Part shown: positions 14,541 through 26,788 of the stretch, in pieces
Layout of the letters: every line of letters begins with the position of its first letter
Numbering within the stretch: position 1 is the stretch's first letter
Source of the DNA: Paraspadella gotoi
Lineage: Eukaryota > Animalia > Chaetognatha
Direction: 5' to 3'
DNA length: 64,000 nucleotides
Assembly: GCA_051294375.1 (NCBI GenBank)
Contig: JBJCIZ010000282.1
Coordinates: 1-64,000 of the forward strand
Position numbers and translations under genes: made by a program
The notes under the pieces: generated by a model
What the model saw: the letters and a program-made list of their open reading frames with translations, nothing else
Told to the model about the DNA's origin: nothing
The model's database searches: none

Positions 14541-15137
14541 TAATTTTAAGAACAGTTTTGGATTCGCCGAAAAAAACTGAAAAACTTTTGTAAAATATGT
14601 TACATGATATTTTTAGGTTAAAGCTGTAAAAAATGACCAAAACGTTTCATCATATAATAGTTTCTACTACAAAGTATAAAAAGTAGAGAATTTGAACTTT
14701 TTTTCAATTTTTGATGCTGAAGACATTGAAATTTTTAATAACATATTTTATATTTTTGATCTAACTTTTATAAAGAATCCGAATCTTTAATAAAAATTAA
14801 AAAAAATTATTTGAAAATTTATGATTTTATAAGAATATTACTATAAATATATTGTAATTAATGATACTGTTCCCCAAACAATATAAGCAAAATATTTTTT
14901 GTACTCCTTAATCATACTATCTCACGTCTAAATATCCTTGTTAGATTACTCAAATAAAATTTATGTTCCCCAGCGCTCCACTCTAATGCTCACGTCCCCT
15001 CCTCCTCGAGCAAGCCTTCTCCTCCTCCTATCTTTTCGATGCTTTTTCGCTCGCGTGCGTTGCGCGGGAGCTGTTCCTAGCGTCGATGTGACCCCCCCTT
15101 TCTAAAAAGGGCGAGGAGGGTGGAAGTCGAGCTTGAT

Positions 15138-15610
15138 TTACGCTGGAGGGGGATGCGTCGAACCGATGAAGGATCGCAGTCCGCTCGTCGCTGAATCCGC
15201 CAGCGCCTCTCCTTGTTCCTGCGCGCAGCGCGTGCAGAAGCGACAACAGAAACAGCAGCAGCAGATGCAGCAACCGAAGGTGATGGCGACTACGATGATT
15301 CCGATTGCGATCGTGGGCGCGACGTTTTGTCAGGTCGCCCAGAGAGAGGTGAAAGGGTTGGCGCCGAAAATTTTTCTGAAGAACGAGGTTGACGAGGCTG
15401 CGGTGATCTCGCCTTTTCTTTGGATGAATTCGTGGTCGAACGCCAGCGCTTCAGAGTGTTTCGTCATGAACTCGCCGACATCTTCGAACAAGTCGCTTTC
15501 GACTGAGACGTGTTCGGCGCGGTTTGGGAGGGAGACCGTCAGCGCGCTGTATTTGCTGTATTTGGCCCCTGCGGCGTCGACGTAGTGGCCGTCGATCTCG
15601 TAGAGACTCA
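15138..15610 (-). pseudogene. env: Family B env C-terminal part (TM + Cys-rich tail)
   Basis: GEITAASSTSFFRKIFG (family A: GEITAGWPSSFIRRIFG); after a frameshift, APTIAIGIIVVAITFGCCICCCCFCCRFCTRC. Confidence 0.88.
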
Positions 15611-15959
15611 TTAAGTGGGTCAAAAATTAGAAAAAGCTATATTTTAAGCTGAAAATTAACTTTTTATATATTAAATATAGTTTTTTTAATTTTTAACCAA
15701 CTTAATGAAAGAATTTTAAAAAATGATTTATATTTTCTTTTATCAACTTTTGACGAGGAATTCAAATCTGCAATCAAAATTAAGAAAAGCCTATTTTGAA
15801 ATTTTTCGATTTTATAAGGATAGTACTATATATAAATATAGCCTACTGCGAAAATTAATAAACTTAAAAATAATTTTTTTTACAAATTAATGTTCACTGA
15901 TAGTTTGTTGTTCATTATTGACTTTTAGAATTTTCGTATGTAACTTTCACTACGCCTTA

Positions 15960-16640
15960 ACACGCACTGGCGCTGTGCGATGTCGCAGCGCCCGTTTTTT
16001 GTCGTCTGGTCCCCTTGGATCTTTACTCGCGGTTTGACACGAGTTTAGCGTTTTCGCTTTCGTAGGAATGTTCATGAAATTTGAATTTTTCTCCGGTGCA
16101 GCCGCTGTCGGCGTCGTTCGTTCCGATTCTATGGGTGACGATGTTTGTCCCGATGGTGACACGTATGCGGAGTGTGCGGAACAGTCCGGTGTCGTCCGTA
16201 GTGCGAATGGGGAGTGTCTCCAGTGTGATCGTTCGACCAGCATGGAGATCGAGACATTGGCTCCTCGGAATCGAAAAATGGTCGATTACGTCGATGTTTG
16301 GGTAACTTATCGACCAGCGGCCGCAGTACCTTCCGGTCGCTACGATGGTAAGGTCGCACCCTTTGACCTTGTGTTCATAATTTTCCGGAACGTAGACTAT
16401 TTTTACTTCGCGAAAGGTTTCTTCTGCTTTTCCGGCCTTTTCGCATCTCGCTTCGTCTATCGCCAGCGCTGCGTGATCCGACGTTCTGTTGCAGTCGAAC
16501 ACTGTGACTCGCTGGTCAAGTGCGCTTGCTCCGAGGATGACCTTCCGGTCGAATGGTAAGTTGGCGTCGGCGATGTCCGGGTTTAGGCCTACGGCGATGG
16601 CGATGATGGCAACGATGGTGGTGAATTTCATTTTCGTCAT
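15960..16640 (-). pseudogene. env: Family B env N-terminal half
   Basis: Signal peptide MKFTTIVAIIAIAVG; VFDCNRTSDH...GCDLTIVATGRYCGRWSISYPNID...CLDLHAG, clearly homologous to 35189-36160. Confidence 0.9.
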
Positions 16641-17099
16641 CCTTTTTCTCTCTTCTTGAATTTAATTTTCTTTTCTTTTGTTGTTTGCAAGAATTTGACT
16701 TCTTATTTCTTATATTTTTTTGTTTTTCTTTGTTTGAGAAACCGTCAAGTAATGAGCCTGGGGCGATGGTTTGTTGGATCTCTCCGCTTTCCCGTCTGCG
16801 ATCAACTCTCGCAGAAGTAGGTTAAAGTTGAAGCGAGCTACGGTTATTTTTCACCGGTGAGGGAAGAGAGTAAGAGAGAGAGAGGGAGAGAGAGGGGGGC
16901 AGGGCGAGATAGGGATCTCTGTTCTCTAGATTCATCGAGAGTTGTTGTTGTTGTTGTGCTCTTAGGGCTTAGCGTGAGAGGATTTACTCGGTGATCCTTT
17001 TCTTTCTTTCTTTTTCTTTTCTTTTTTTTCTTTCTTTCAACACTGTTGGATTCGTGTTTTTGCTGAACGCTAAGAGCTTTGTTAAGAGGAAAAAGTTTG

Positions 17100-17592
17100 A
17101 GAGTCGCGGTTCACCGCTTTGAGGGCGGTGGTAGACGTATTGGGCGTTCCCAATGCCTACTTTTGAAATGGTTACCGTCGATTTGGATTATTTTGTGCAG
17201 TCCCGTGTAAAGCGATTTCACTTTATTTACGCTCGGCGTGGCGCCAGTTTGGATGAGATCGAGTCTGACGTAGATGAGGTCGCCGACAGAGAGTCGTTTC
17301 GGGTCGCGCAGGCGGTTGTTTCGTTTTGTATAGCGGTGGAGGCCGATTCGTGTTCGTGTGCGCGGTTTTGCCTCTTAGCGACTCATAGAGAGCTTCGTCT
17401 GGCGGTTCGATGATCCTCGGTCGATTTCCGAACTGTAGCTCGTGAGGCGACATGTCCGTTTTCCAACCGGAAATGGGCGTGGCGTTTAGCGCCCACAGGG
17501 TCGTCGTCGAGAGCCTTTCTGAGCGCCTGTCGAATGCGCCCGATGTCCCTCTGCGCGATTACTATTTTTCCTTGATACGAGGACGCGTTTCC
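17100..17592 (-). pseudogene. pol: Family B integrase, C-terminal part
   Basis: RDIGRIRQALRKALDDDP and MSPHELQFGNRPRIIEPPDEALYE; rejoins 19999 once the MULE-like insertion is removed. Confidence 0.9.
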
Positions 17593-19998
17593 AAGTATGT
17601 CATCCTTCAGAATCGCCTCCCTCGGGGGCGCTGCTAGGGGCGGCCCCGCGGGGTGGCCCCGCGGGGCGGCCTGGGGGGCAAGCAAATCCTTACTGCCTGG
17701 GGCGGCCCCCTGTAGCCTCTTTTTTTGGGTCCCAAGGGGCCACTCCAGGGGGAATCCCCCAGGGGCTAGAAAAACCTTTCCCCCGGGGGCCATCCCCGGG
17801 GGGATGAATTTGCCTGCCCCCTGAAACGGCTCTCTCTCCCTCCTATTTCTCTTTCCCTCTCCTCTCTTTCTCTCTCTCCCTCTCTCTCTCTTTCTCTATC
17901 TCTTTTCTTTTTTCATCTTTTATTTATATAAAATATAAAAATAAAAATAATATTTTTCACTTCAATTAATCAATCAATGAACCAATAGCTGCGCCAACAC
18001 CAATATGCATAATTTGGTCAACTTGCATAATTTAGTGAAATGACATAATTTGGTCAACTGATATAATTTGGTCAACTTTTAGAATTTGATAAACTTTCAT
18101 AATCTACCAACACACAAAATTTTTTCTTAATTCATCTATGAAATTTTAAATAGTAGAATAAAGAGTAGGATGGTTTTTTAATTCACTTATAAAAAATAAT
18201 TAATTAATTAATTAATTATTAATATCAGTCTTTAAGTCCATCCCACATTAGCATTAAACTCAAATTATTTGTGATTAGATATATGGATTGGAATGAAATC
18301 TTGTGTGTGGGTAGAAAAGTGTATGATTGAGCTAGATATAAAGTTTTGCTTACTCTCTCTCTCTCAAACCATCAGCCTTTCCTCAACAACGTGAGTTCAT
18401 CAGAGGCAATCTACAAACTGACAATTATTAATTACAAATCTTAAATGAAAAAAAATTATTTCATGATGTGGATCTCATTTAATGTTGATCATGAATTAAA
18501 AATCTTGATGAATAGTTTTTGGGACTCCATAATTCACTAAGTAGTAGGGTGAAGTGAAAGTTTGGAATCAAAATTTAGCAGTTATATCTTGAAAACTATC
18601 ATATTAGTGAATACTAATCTGTTGTTATTTTTCTTTTTTTATAAATATAATTGCCCAGTCAGCTTATTTTGTATATAGTACTACCCTTATATAATGTCAA
18701 AATTTCAAAATAGTTTTTTTTAATTCTGAGAACAGATTCAGGTTCCTTGTTAAAAGTTAATATAAGAAAGTATAAATCTTTTTCAAATATGATGTCATTT
18801 ATTAAGTTAAAATTATAAAAAACTATATTTTTAAGCTGGAAATTCAAAATCGGCGTCTTAAATATAGTTTTTTATATTTTTGATTAACTTAATGAAAGAA
18901 TTTTTAAAAAAGAATTGTACTTTCTTGTAATAACTTTTTGCAAAGAATCCAAATCCGATCTTAAAATTTAAAAATTTGTATTTTGAAATTTTAGCCTATT
19001 ATATACTTATTACTATATATAAATATAGCTCACTGGTGCCGACTAATGTATAAAATTAAAAAATAAATTTACCAAAATATTTTTATTAGTTTTTATGTTC
19101 ATGTTTTATATGCTAAATTTTAATTTTCCAAAATTTTATTATTTTCATATCACTCTACTAAGTAGGTCTGTCGATTACTGCCCATTATTTGTTTATTTAT
19201 GATTTATTTAATCAAATTAGAAATTTTTTTTAAAAATTATGTCTCTCTCTATCAGTCCATCAGTTTGTCCATCCAAAAAAAAGAAAAAAAAAGAGAAAAA
19301 AGGAAAGAAAAAAAAAGACAGATGACTGATTAGCTTCTTACCACTAAATATTGTGGCCATGTCATACATTGTTTGCTCAAACTTGTTTCTATATCTTTTA
19401 ATTGAAATAAAATAATTAAGTTAAAAAATACAAATATTATAATTTTTAGATAAAATATGGAATAAACGAGTTAACAATAATTTGAAAAAAATGTATATTT
19501 TTTTTAGTTACATAAAACAAGTCTTGAAAGATAGAGAGAGAGAAAAAGATAGAGAGAGAGAAAGAAAGAGAAAAAGAAAAAGAAAGAAAGAAAAAAAAAG
19601 ACAAAAAAAGAGAGAGAGAGAAAGAAAGAGAGAGAGAGAGAGAAAGTGAGAGAGAAAGAGAAAGAGAGAAAGAGAGAAAGAGAGAGTAACAGACAGGGAG
19701 AGATTCTCAGATACAATAACATTGTCAGAAAGTATATTTTTTTATCTAAACTTTGCTCTCTCCTTAACTCGCCCCAGGGGGAGCACTTTTTTGCTCCCCA
19801 AGGGGTTACCCCCAGGGGCAGACTTTTTTTGGCTCCAGGGGGCCGCCCCAGGGGGGTTCCCCCTGGGGCAAACATTTTGGGTCTATTAGGGGCGCCCCCT
19901 CAATGACCATTTTGCTGCTCCCCCTGGAATAGTCTGCCCCCTGGGGCCGCCCCTAGAACCACCCCGCGGGGCGGAGGATTTGGGAGATGACATATCTC
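17593..19998. mobile_element. Mutator-like non-autonomous element with GC-rich subterminal regions
   Basis: 9-bp TSD CGCGTTTCC (17584-92, 19999-20007); imperfect TIR around TATGTCATC; removing it restores integrase MSGKRVLVSRKNSNRAE. Confidence 0.82.
18545..19157. mobile_element. hAT-like MITE (hAT-3)
   Basis: TIRs TAGGGTGAAGTGAAA / TTTCATATCACTCTA; 8-bp TSD CTAAGTAG. Confidence 0.88.
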
Positions 19999-20915
19999 CG
20001 CGTTTCCCGCTCATATCCAGTAAGTCTAGGTTGCTTCGAATCTCTTCACCATTTAGCGAAGTCGCGCCGTCAAAGTTTATCTCGAGGTACGAACCGTGAA
20101 GGCTAAAAATTGCTTTGTCAAGCGCAGTGATAATATGGTTTGCGTCTGTGCGGCGAATTGGGATCGCCCACGTGTAGGCGGAGGCGTTGTCAGAGGCAAC
20201 CAAAACGTATTGAAAGCCGCCGCTTGGAGGTAAGTGCATAACGTCTATGCACAGCAACTCCCACGGGATTAGCGCGTGTCGGTCCTGATTCCGTCTCGCT
20301 GAATCTCATTTCATCCGTCGCTTTCCGGCAAGTTTCGCACTCGAGCACTATTTTCGAGCAAGCCGCGACTAGGCCAGGTGCTGCTACATACTGTGCAATG
20401 ATATACGCGGTTCTGTCGCGGCCGGGGTGGTCAACGCGGTCGTGGATTAGGCGGATGATTTCCTCTAAGTTGTCAGGAGGGACGATGAAACGCGAAGTCC
20501 TTGTTTCATCCCGGAACCCTATCACGCAGAGGATTCCATCGTCCAAGGTGGACAAGTCGTCAGCTACCACGAAGAGAAATGCTTGCGTCTTTGTTAACAC
20601 CTTCGCTTTGATGGACCGGAAGTGGATCTTGACGGCGTCGGTTCCATGGTGAGGATCGCCGCGACCGATTTGATGTCATCGTTGCTTTGTTGCCATTTCT
20701 TTAAGTCAGCCCTGAGCGGGAGTAAGTGCGGGTCGCGGTCAAGAGGCTGCTCCAGCTCCGCCTCGAGGTCCTGGGCGTCGAAGTCTAGGGAGGCGCCGAT
20801 GGCAGTGTTGTAGACGAGCTCCTCGTCTTCTTGCCTAGGCGGCAGCTGTTGAGGCGGCTGTGGCGAAGGCAGTTCAGCCTGGCGCCCGGGGCTGACGGGG
20901 TCGTCGTCGTCGGCG
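19999..20915 (-). pseudogene. pol: Family B integrase, N-terminal and core part
   Basis: IHDRVDHPGRDRT...ECETC (HHCC); IDVMHLPPSGG...INFDGATSLNGEE. Confidence 0.92.
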
Positions 20916-22433
20916 ACAATTTTTCCAATCGCAGCTTGTAAAAGATTTTATTTTTATTTGTATTAAAATTAAGATATAGCTTCTCATTAAAAAGTTTCTT
21001 TGAGTTCCCATTTTTATTATAGATTTAAAAAAAAAATTTTGAATTTCATCTTCAATATTATATACTGCAATATGTAAATTAGATTAAAGCATTTCTATAT
21101 ACTAATTTGGATATTATAATGAGTACTATAATCTCATTTGCATATTGCAGTAAATCATAATGAAGTGGAAATTCAAACAAAAAATACTTAAATCCAAATG
21201 TAATGAGAAAATATCAAAGCTATTTCAAGATGAGAAGCCATATCTAAATTTTTAACTTACTATGATCGCACACTTTTATAAAACTTCATCATAATTAATA
21301 ATAATTTTTATTTAAAAAAAAACGGTAAGTCCAGCCAAAACTATAAAAGCATAGTAGTTTTTATACAAAAAAGCGTGACGACGACGACGACTACAACTAC
21401 GTCACAAAGAAGCAATCCTAAAACATTATAAAGCCTGAACCGGCTTCGCCGGTCATGGCTCGATAAAAAAGAGCGTGACGCCGACGACGACGACGACGAC
21501 TACGTCACAAAGAAGCTCACCCGAAACAAAATCAAGCCTGAACCGGCTTCGCCGGTCATGGCTCGATAAAAAGAAAGAAATCAAAAGGCAGCAGCAGAAG
21601 CAGTAGGAGAAAAGAGAGAAAAAGAAAGAGCCCCTGCAGAGCCAGCTGCAGAGAAAGAAATCAAAAGGCAGCAGCAGAAGCAGCAGGAGAAAAGAGAGAA
21701 AAAGAATAAGCCCCTGCAGAGCCAGCTGCAGACTCGTTTTTTTCCCTATGATTATGAATCGGTGAATAGGGAAAAAAGAGAGGGAGAGATAAATGTAATT
21801 AAAAGAGAAAAGAGAGAGAGAGAGAAATATGAAAATAAAATAGAGAAAATTTGTTTGTTTTGATAAAACGTAAACAAAACATATTTAATAACTGTCCAGA
21901 CTCAATTTTAAGCACATCGGTGATGAGAAGCTGTATATAAATTTTCAACTTCATAAACCCAAATTTAATCATAAAAAAGGCGATCTATAATTTGGAACGC
22001 CGACGACAACGACGCCACTTATGGGCAAAAGCGTTACAATATCCTCGCAAACGCTAAGCGTTTGCGACGATAAAAACCAAGCAGATCCTGTCAGAATCAT
22101 CCCAAAACTGATGGATCTTAAAATAAAACCACCATCATTCCACCAAAACCTAACAACCAGATACAACCAGCTAAACCCATTGGCAAAACCTAGAAGGCAC
22201 ACTCCAAACAAATGGGCAGATTAAATTCCTTTCATCACAATCACTACTGGATGACAAAACAATACCTCCCATGGTGGACTTCAACTTCTCCACAGCCTTT
22301 TTATCCACACCTGAGGTGGACCTATGAGCTTGACAAGGGGCCAATATACACACATAGAAGATGGATGAATAGAGACTTGGGAAAAAAGAACACACTCGAC
22401 CAATTCTCAGATGACACGAGAAGGTCTCGCAAT

Positions 22434-22744
22434 GGGAGGGGGGGTGACAATGCAGAGAATGGATTATCAAGTGACTTGTCTCTCTTGGCTTCTCCGTCGT
22501 TTCTTCTGATTGACCAATCAGAGAGGAGGCTTCCCTCAGGAAACCAACGGCAGAGAAACGAGAGAGGGAACAAGAAACTAACATCAAACTCCTTATGGAC
22601 TATTTGTTATATTGTTTATTGCCTGCCTTTTCTCTGCATAATCTACATATTTTGTATGTTAATTATCATCATCCCAACATGTTCTTATGTCAATAAAACT
22701 CCTCTTATTTCTCCCTTAATAAACTACGCCTACCTCCTTCGTTG
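22434..22744 (+). mobile_element. PPT + LTR (family D, 3' copy)
   Basis: GGGAGGGGGGG tract followed by ~300 bp homologous to 10420-10751, containing AATAAA. Confidence 0.65.
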
Positions 22745-22989
22745 CTATGATTTGTAATGAAAATAACTTCAATACTCATTTCGTCTTGTTTCAGCAATTA
22801 ATTATAAAATTAACTGATTATAAAAATGAATTTTAAATATTTAAAAAGCAGAAATCAAAAAAGGATCGTCGCTGCCGGGGTTTTAGGTAAGAGGGAGGGG
22901 GAGAAAGAGAGAGACAAAGAGAGAGATAAAATTAGGTGGGCAGAAGGAGGAAATAGATTAAAGCAGAGCTGTGGCAAAAACTGGAAAAA

Positions 22990-23020
22990 GGCGTGGGTTC
23001 GAATCACACCACTGCCACCA
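22990..23020 (-). promoter_or_regulatory. tRNA-Leu primer-binding site of a further LTR relic (family C; LTR ~23021-23995, split by the TRIM)
   Basis: Plus strand GGCGTGGGTTCGAATCACACCACTGCCACCA matches the 3' 31 nt of eukaryotic tRNA-Leu including CCA; no 5' tRNA half is present. Confidence 0.78.
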
Positions 23021-23211
23021 CATTTCAGTAAGTAAACAGGGAATTCTGGACGAAATCGAAATGTATTTATTGGAGAGAAAATGTACATTAAAAACGGTGT
23101 CAATTTTTGGACAGATTGATTCGACATTGAAAACAAGGGGTATTTAATATTTATACAATGGAACCGGATCGGCGACTCGGGAGGATTTCGTCGCCGGATG
23201 GAAGCTCGGCT

Positions 23212-23904
23212 TGTAGTCGGGCATTGCCTAGGTTCACCCCGCCTAGAATCATTTGACACTTCAGTTGTGACCCGGTGGCTCATTGAGTAAAGCCATCAGC
23301 TCATGACCACTAGGTACCGGGTTCAATCCCAACTCGGTACCTACCCTGCGGGAAGCGTGAGGACGGCCGTAAGCCGCCTTGGGGGCATGGCAAACCCTCA
23401 AGCCTGGTTCCAAGCCCAGGGACCCGTTCCATGGCTGCTAGAGGGGGTTAGAGAAGTTACGGACAGTCATCTTCAGCCCACGTAGCGCCTTATCCACACT
23501 GGTGAGCCCATCCTGTCGAGCGTATTCCAACCTTCTGATTCCAGGCCCTTGGTCTAGCTGAAGATTGCTCCCCTCCCTCCACTGGAAGCAGTGCAGGGTG
23601 GGTTACAATCTGGGGGGCATGTAGTCGGGCATTGCCTAGGTTCACCCCGCCTAGAATCATGACACTTTCAGTTGTGACCCGGTGGCTCATTGAGTAAAGC
23701 CATCAGCTCATGACCACTAGGTACCGGGTTCAATCCCAACTCGTACCTACCCTGCGGGAAGCGTGAGGACGGCCGTAAGCCGCCTTGGGGGCATGGCAAA
23801 CCCTCAAGCCTGGTTCCAAGCCCAGGGACCCGTTCCATGGCTGCTAGAGGGGGTTAGAGAAGTTACGGACAGTCATCTTCAGCCCACGTAGCGCCTTATC
23901 CACA
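23212..23904 (+). mobile_element. TRIM (miniature LTR retroelement) with tRNA-like A/B boxes in its terminal repeats
   Basis: Direct repeats 23212-23498 and 23620-23904, each TG...CA; 121-bp core with TGGTGAGCCCA PBS and G6 PPT; 4-bp TSD GGCT. Confidence 0.9.
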
Positions 23905-25137
23905 GGCTGACCATTGGCTGTTGCCATTTGTTATTCCAGCAATGAGAGAGTTCGAATCTTCTCACGTCGTCGGTCTGATTCCGGTTTCCTCTGTGATGAG
24001 AGAGAAAAAAAAATTAAATTATACTAATACAAACGGTTTCTAAATATATTCTAACTTTAAAGGCTAAATAATTTATTAAAAAAAAAAAAAAAAGAAATAT
24101 TAGAGCTGGACAAAACTACTGTATTGATATGATATATATTGCTAATATGATCCTTTAGACGTTCCCTTTTTAGTTTTACCCCTTGAAAAAGTCTTTCTGG
24201 TGATAAAAACTGTTGGTAATTAACCATCATCAACCTGAGCTTTAATACTGGGAGTCTGGGACTTCTATCTGGAGTGATACGAAAAGACTTGATTAAACTT
24301 AGCTTAAAAATTATATATATTGAAAGAATTACAACATTTATTTGTAAACTACTTGACTTTTACAAGGTTCCATGAATTTGTTGAAACTGTGTTTATAAAT
24401 CTCTTGATCAAAGGTAGGGTATTGCACAAAATTTTTAAAAATACTGATCGAAAAATAATAGGGGAATTTCATTTCAAAAAAACAAGGCTTTTTGAAATAT
24501 TTACTGTATGGAAAATACTAAAAGAAAAATTTTATTTTTAAATATAGGTACTGTAAGGGTAAGTCTAACTAAAAACCGAAAAAGAATCTTTCAAATAAGA
24601 AAAATATTGGAATAGTACAGAAGCAATATTTATTTTTATTGTTTTGCGCAAAAACTAGGCTTTCCTCGCAAAACCTCTGGTTACAGGAGATGCAAATGGG
24701 TTTTTCTTTCAACATATTGATCATTATATTGATTCCCCAAAAATGATGCGCAAAAAATGCGCCAGCAGCAGTTCTGGCGATAGTCATTTTATATCATCTT
24801 TCCTATTGTATATTAAGGCCTATGAATCATCAATATGTATGAAACTGATATAATATATTTATTATGATCTTAAATTTATCATGCCTTTTTTCTGCCTACA
24901 ACAATTCCTCCTTTGCTAAATATACATGATACCTATAATTATTATAATGGGTAATATCTTTATTCATAGTCTTTTTTTTTAACTAAGTTCAAATATAAAC
25001 CTAAAGGACCATTGTTGATCCACAATTTCTGATACTTTTAATACAATTGGTCCACTGATTTTACGTGGTATATCTTTGTTTCTTTTTATCTATGATTTGA
25101 GTTTTATTTCGGTATTCGTTTTTTTCTTTGATTTTAA

Positions 25138-26008
25138 GGGGACCCAGTGATAAAATGATATCATAAGCTTAAGGGTCTATCATCAAAGGAATTTGAATGG
25201 TAATAGTCATTAATTTTTCTTTGCAGGAAAGTGGCAAAAAAATTCCTATCTCTTATTGTAGCGGAAAACAAAAATTTAATAATTATATAAAAAACATTTA
25301 GTTGACGCCTACCTAAATATTTATATAATCCATTATTTTTTTTTTGCATTAGAAAGTATTTTTTACTAAATTCCAATTTTTTATTTTTTACTGTACAAGG
25401 CTACAGTTTTAGGTTTAAGCCTCATTGAACAAAGGCTTTACAAGACTATATTTTTTTATTTTTATATTTACTTAAAAGCAGACAAATGAAACCTAAATTC
25501 TATTCTTACAGAAACAAAAACTGTAATAATTATTAATTAATATTCATATTTATCCCTTAAATGTATTATTAAACTATATTGATTCTTAATATAATAAGTA
25601 AAATTTAGCAAAAATAAAGAATCTTATCTCTTCTTTTATATTTATATACTTAAAGAGTTTTATTTTCATCCAATTAACAGAATCATTTGAAAAGAAAGTT
25701 TAAGTAAAATCAGTCGATACCTTAAATTTGGATTCATTCCTAGTTTTTTTTCTTATAAATTTTTGTGATAAAAGCTGAAAATCTTTTTAAATTAGATCTT
25801 ACCCTTTTTTGGAAAAAAAAATTTTAAACTTGAAAAAGATTTTCTTCTTACCGATTTTTTAAAGAAAATTAAGCTCGCTGATTTTATCGAATTTTTTAAC
25901 TACTTTCCAAATGATTAAAAAAGAAAAAATTATATGGTCAGACCAACTTAAATTAAAGGGTCAAATGTTATGTTTTCAGCTTTTTACCCCCCTGTTCACT
26001 TGGTCCCC
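25138..26008. mobile_element. Candidate MITE flanked by TTAA (Kolobok-like ends)
   Basis: TTAA|GGGGACCCAGTGA ... TCACTTGGTCCCC|TTAA (12/13 inverted match). Confidence 0.5.
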
Positions 26009-26788
26009 TTAAAGAATCAAAACCGAAAATAATCGACTTAGAATCGGAGATTGTATAAAAAATAAAGAGAAAAGAAAAGGGAGGAAAGGAAAGTGATGAG
26101 GGGATAAAGTGGCGCAGTTTTTACGTCAATTTACGCCATTCTACGCCAAAGCATCTTAACTTAATAGCTTTATTTGGAAAATGAAAAAAAGTTTTTACGC
26201 ACAAAAAATTAAATATATTATTATGGTTTTCTGTTCATTTTACGCCATTCTACGCCAAACTTTGTATAAAGAAGGCTGGAAAAATATTTAAATCAACTTA
26301 ACTGAGTAGTTTTTACTAGAAAATAAAAAAAGTCTTTACGCCACAGAATTAGATAATATTTATATCGTTTTTTTGTTCATTTCACGCCATTTTACGCCAC
26401 AATTCTTTTCCAAATTTAAATATAAATATTTACACTTATTTAATATGATATATTTTAAATTTTTTTTTTGAAAAATCATTAACGCCACATATTTAACTAG
26501 GAAATAATACGTTTTGGCGTACTTTTTACGCCACCAGCGCCAACAAACATGTAAAAAAAAAGAAATCAAATCGGAATCCAATACTACTATGTATTTTTAA
26601 TCAAAAAAAAGCGTTTTCCAAAATTTTTGGTGAATATCCTTGATAGCAGTAAGGGGCAGAAACGTTACTCCAAATTGACGTAAATCAGTTGGCGTAAATC
26701 AAATATTTAAAAGTCAAACTTGGAATTAACGATTAAAGTACACTTCGATTGGCTTAATATACGGTTTAAAAACCATCCAATAAAGAAA

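Larger units (their letters stand above)
11710..14985. mobile_element. Non-autonomous hAT-like element (hAT-1) inserted in the family B LTR
   Basis: TIRs TAGGGTGGAGTG / CGCTCCACTCTA; perfect 8-bp TSD ATGCTCAC (11702-09, 14986-93). Confidence 0.9.
11550..20915 (-). mobile_element. Fragmented related env-bearing Gypsy element (family B): 3' LTR, env and integrase, riddled with insertions
   Basis: Env and integrase pieces are collinear with family A; G7 PPT at ~15092-98; LTR-like sequence ~11550-11709 plus 14994-15091 is split by a hAT MITE. Outer limits approximate. Confidence 0.85.
17534..24448 (+). repeat. Left arm of ~6.9-kb inverted duplication
   Basis: Reverse complement of 26789-33632 along its whole length. 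Confidence 0.95.

Noticed and set aside
22950-23020. tRNA-Leu gene
   Set aside because: Only the 3' 31 nt are present, including CCA, which eukaryotic tRNA genes do not encode; this fits a PBS.
24569-24787. Cys-containing ORF (CISCNQRFC) in the palindrome spacer
   Set aside because: Short and AT-rich, with no recognisable family or splice structure.
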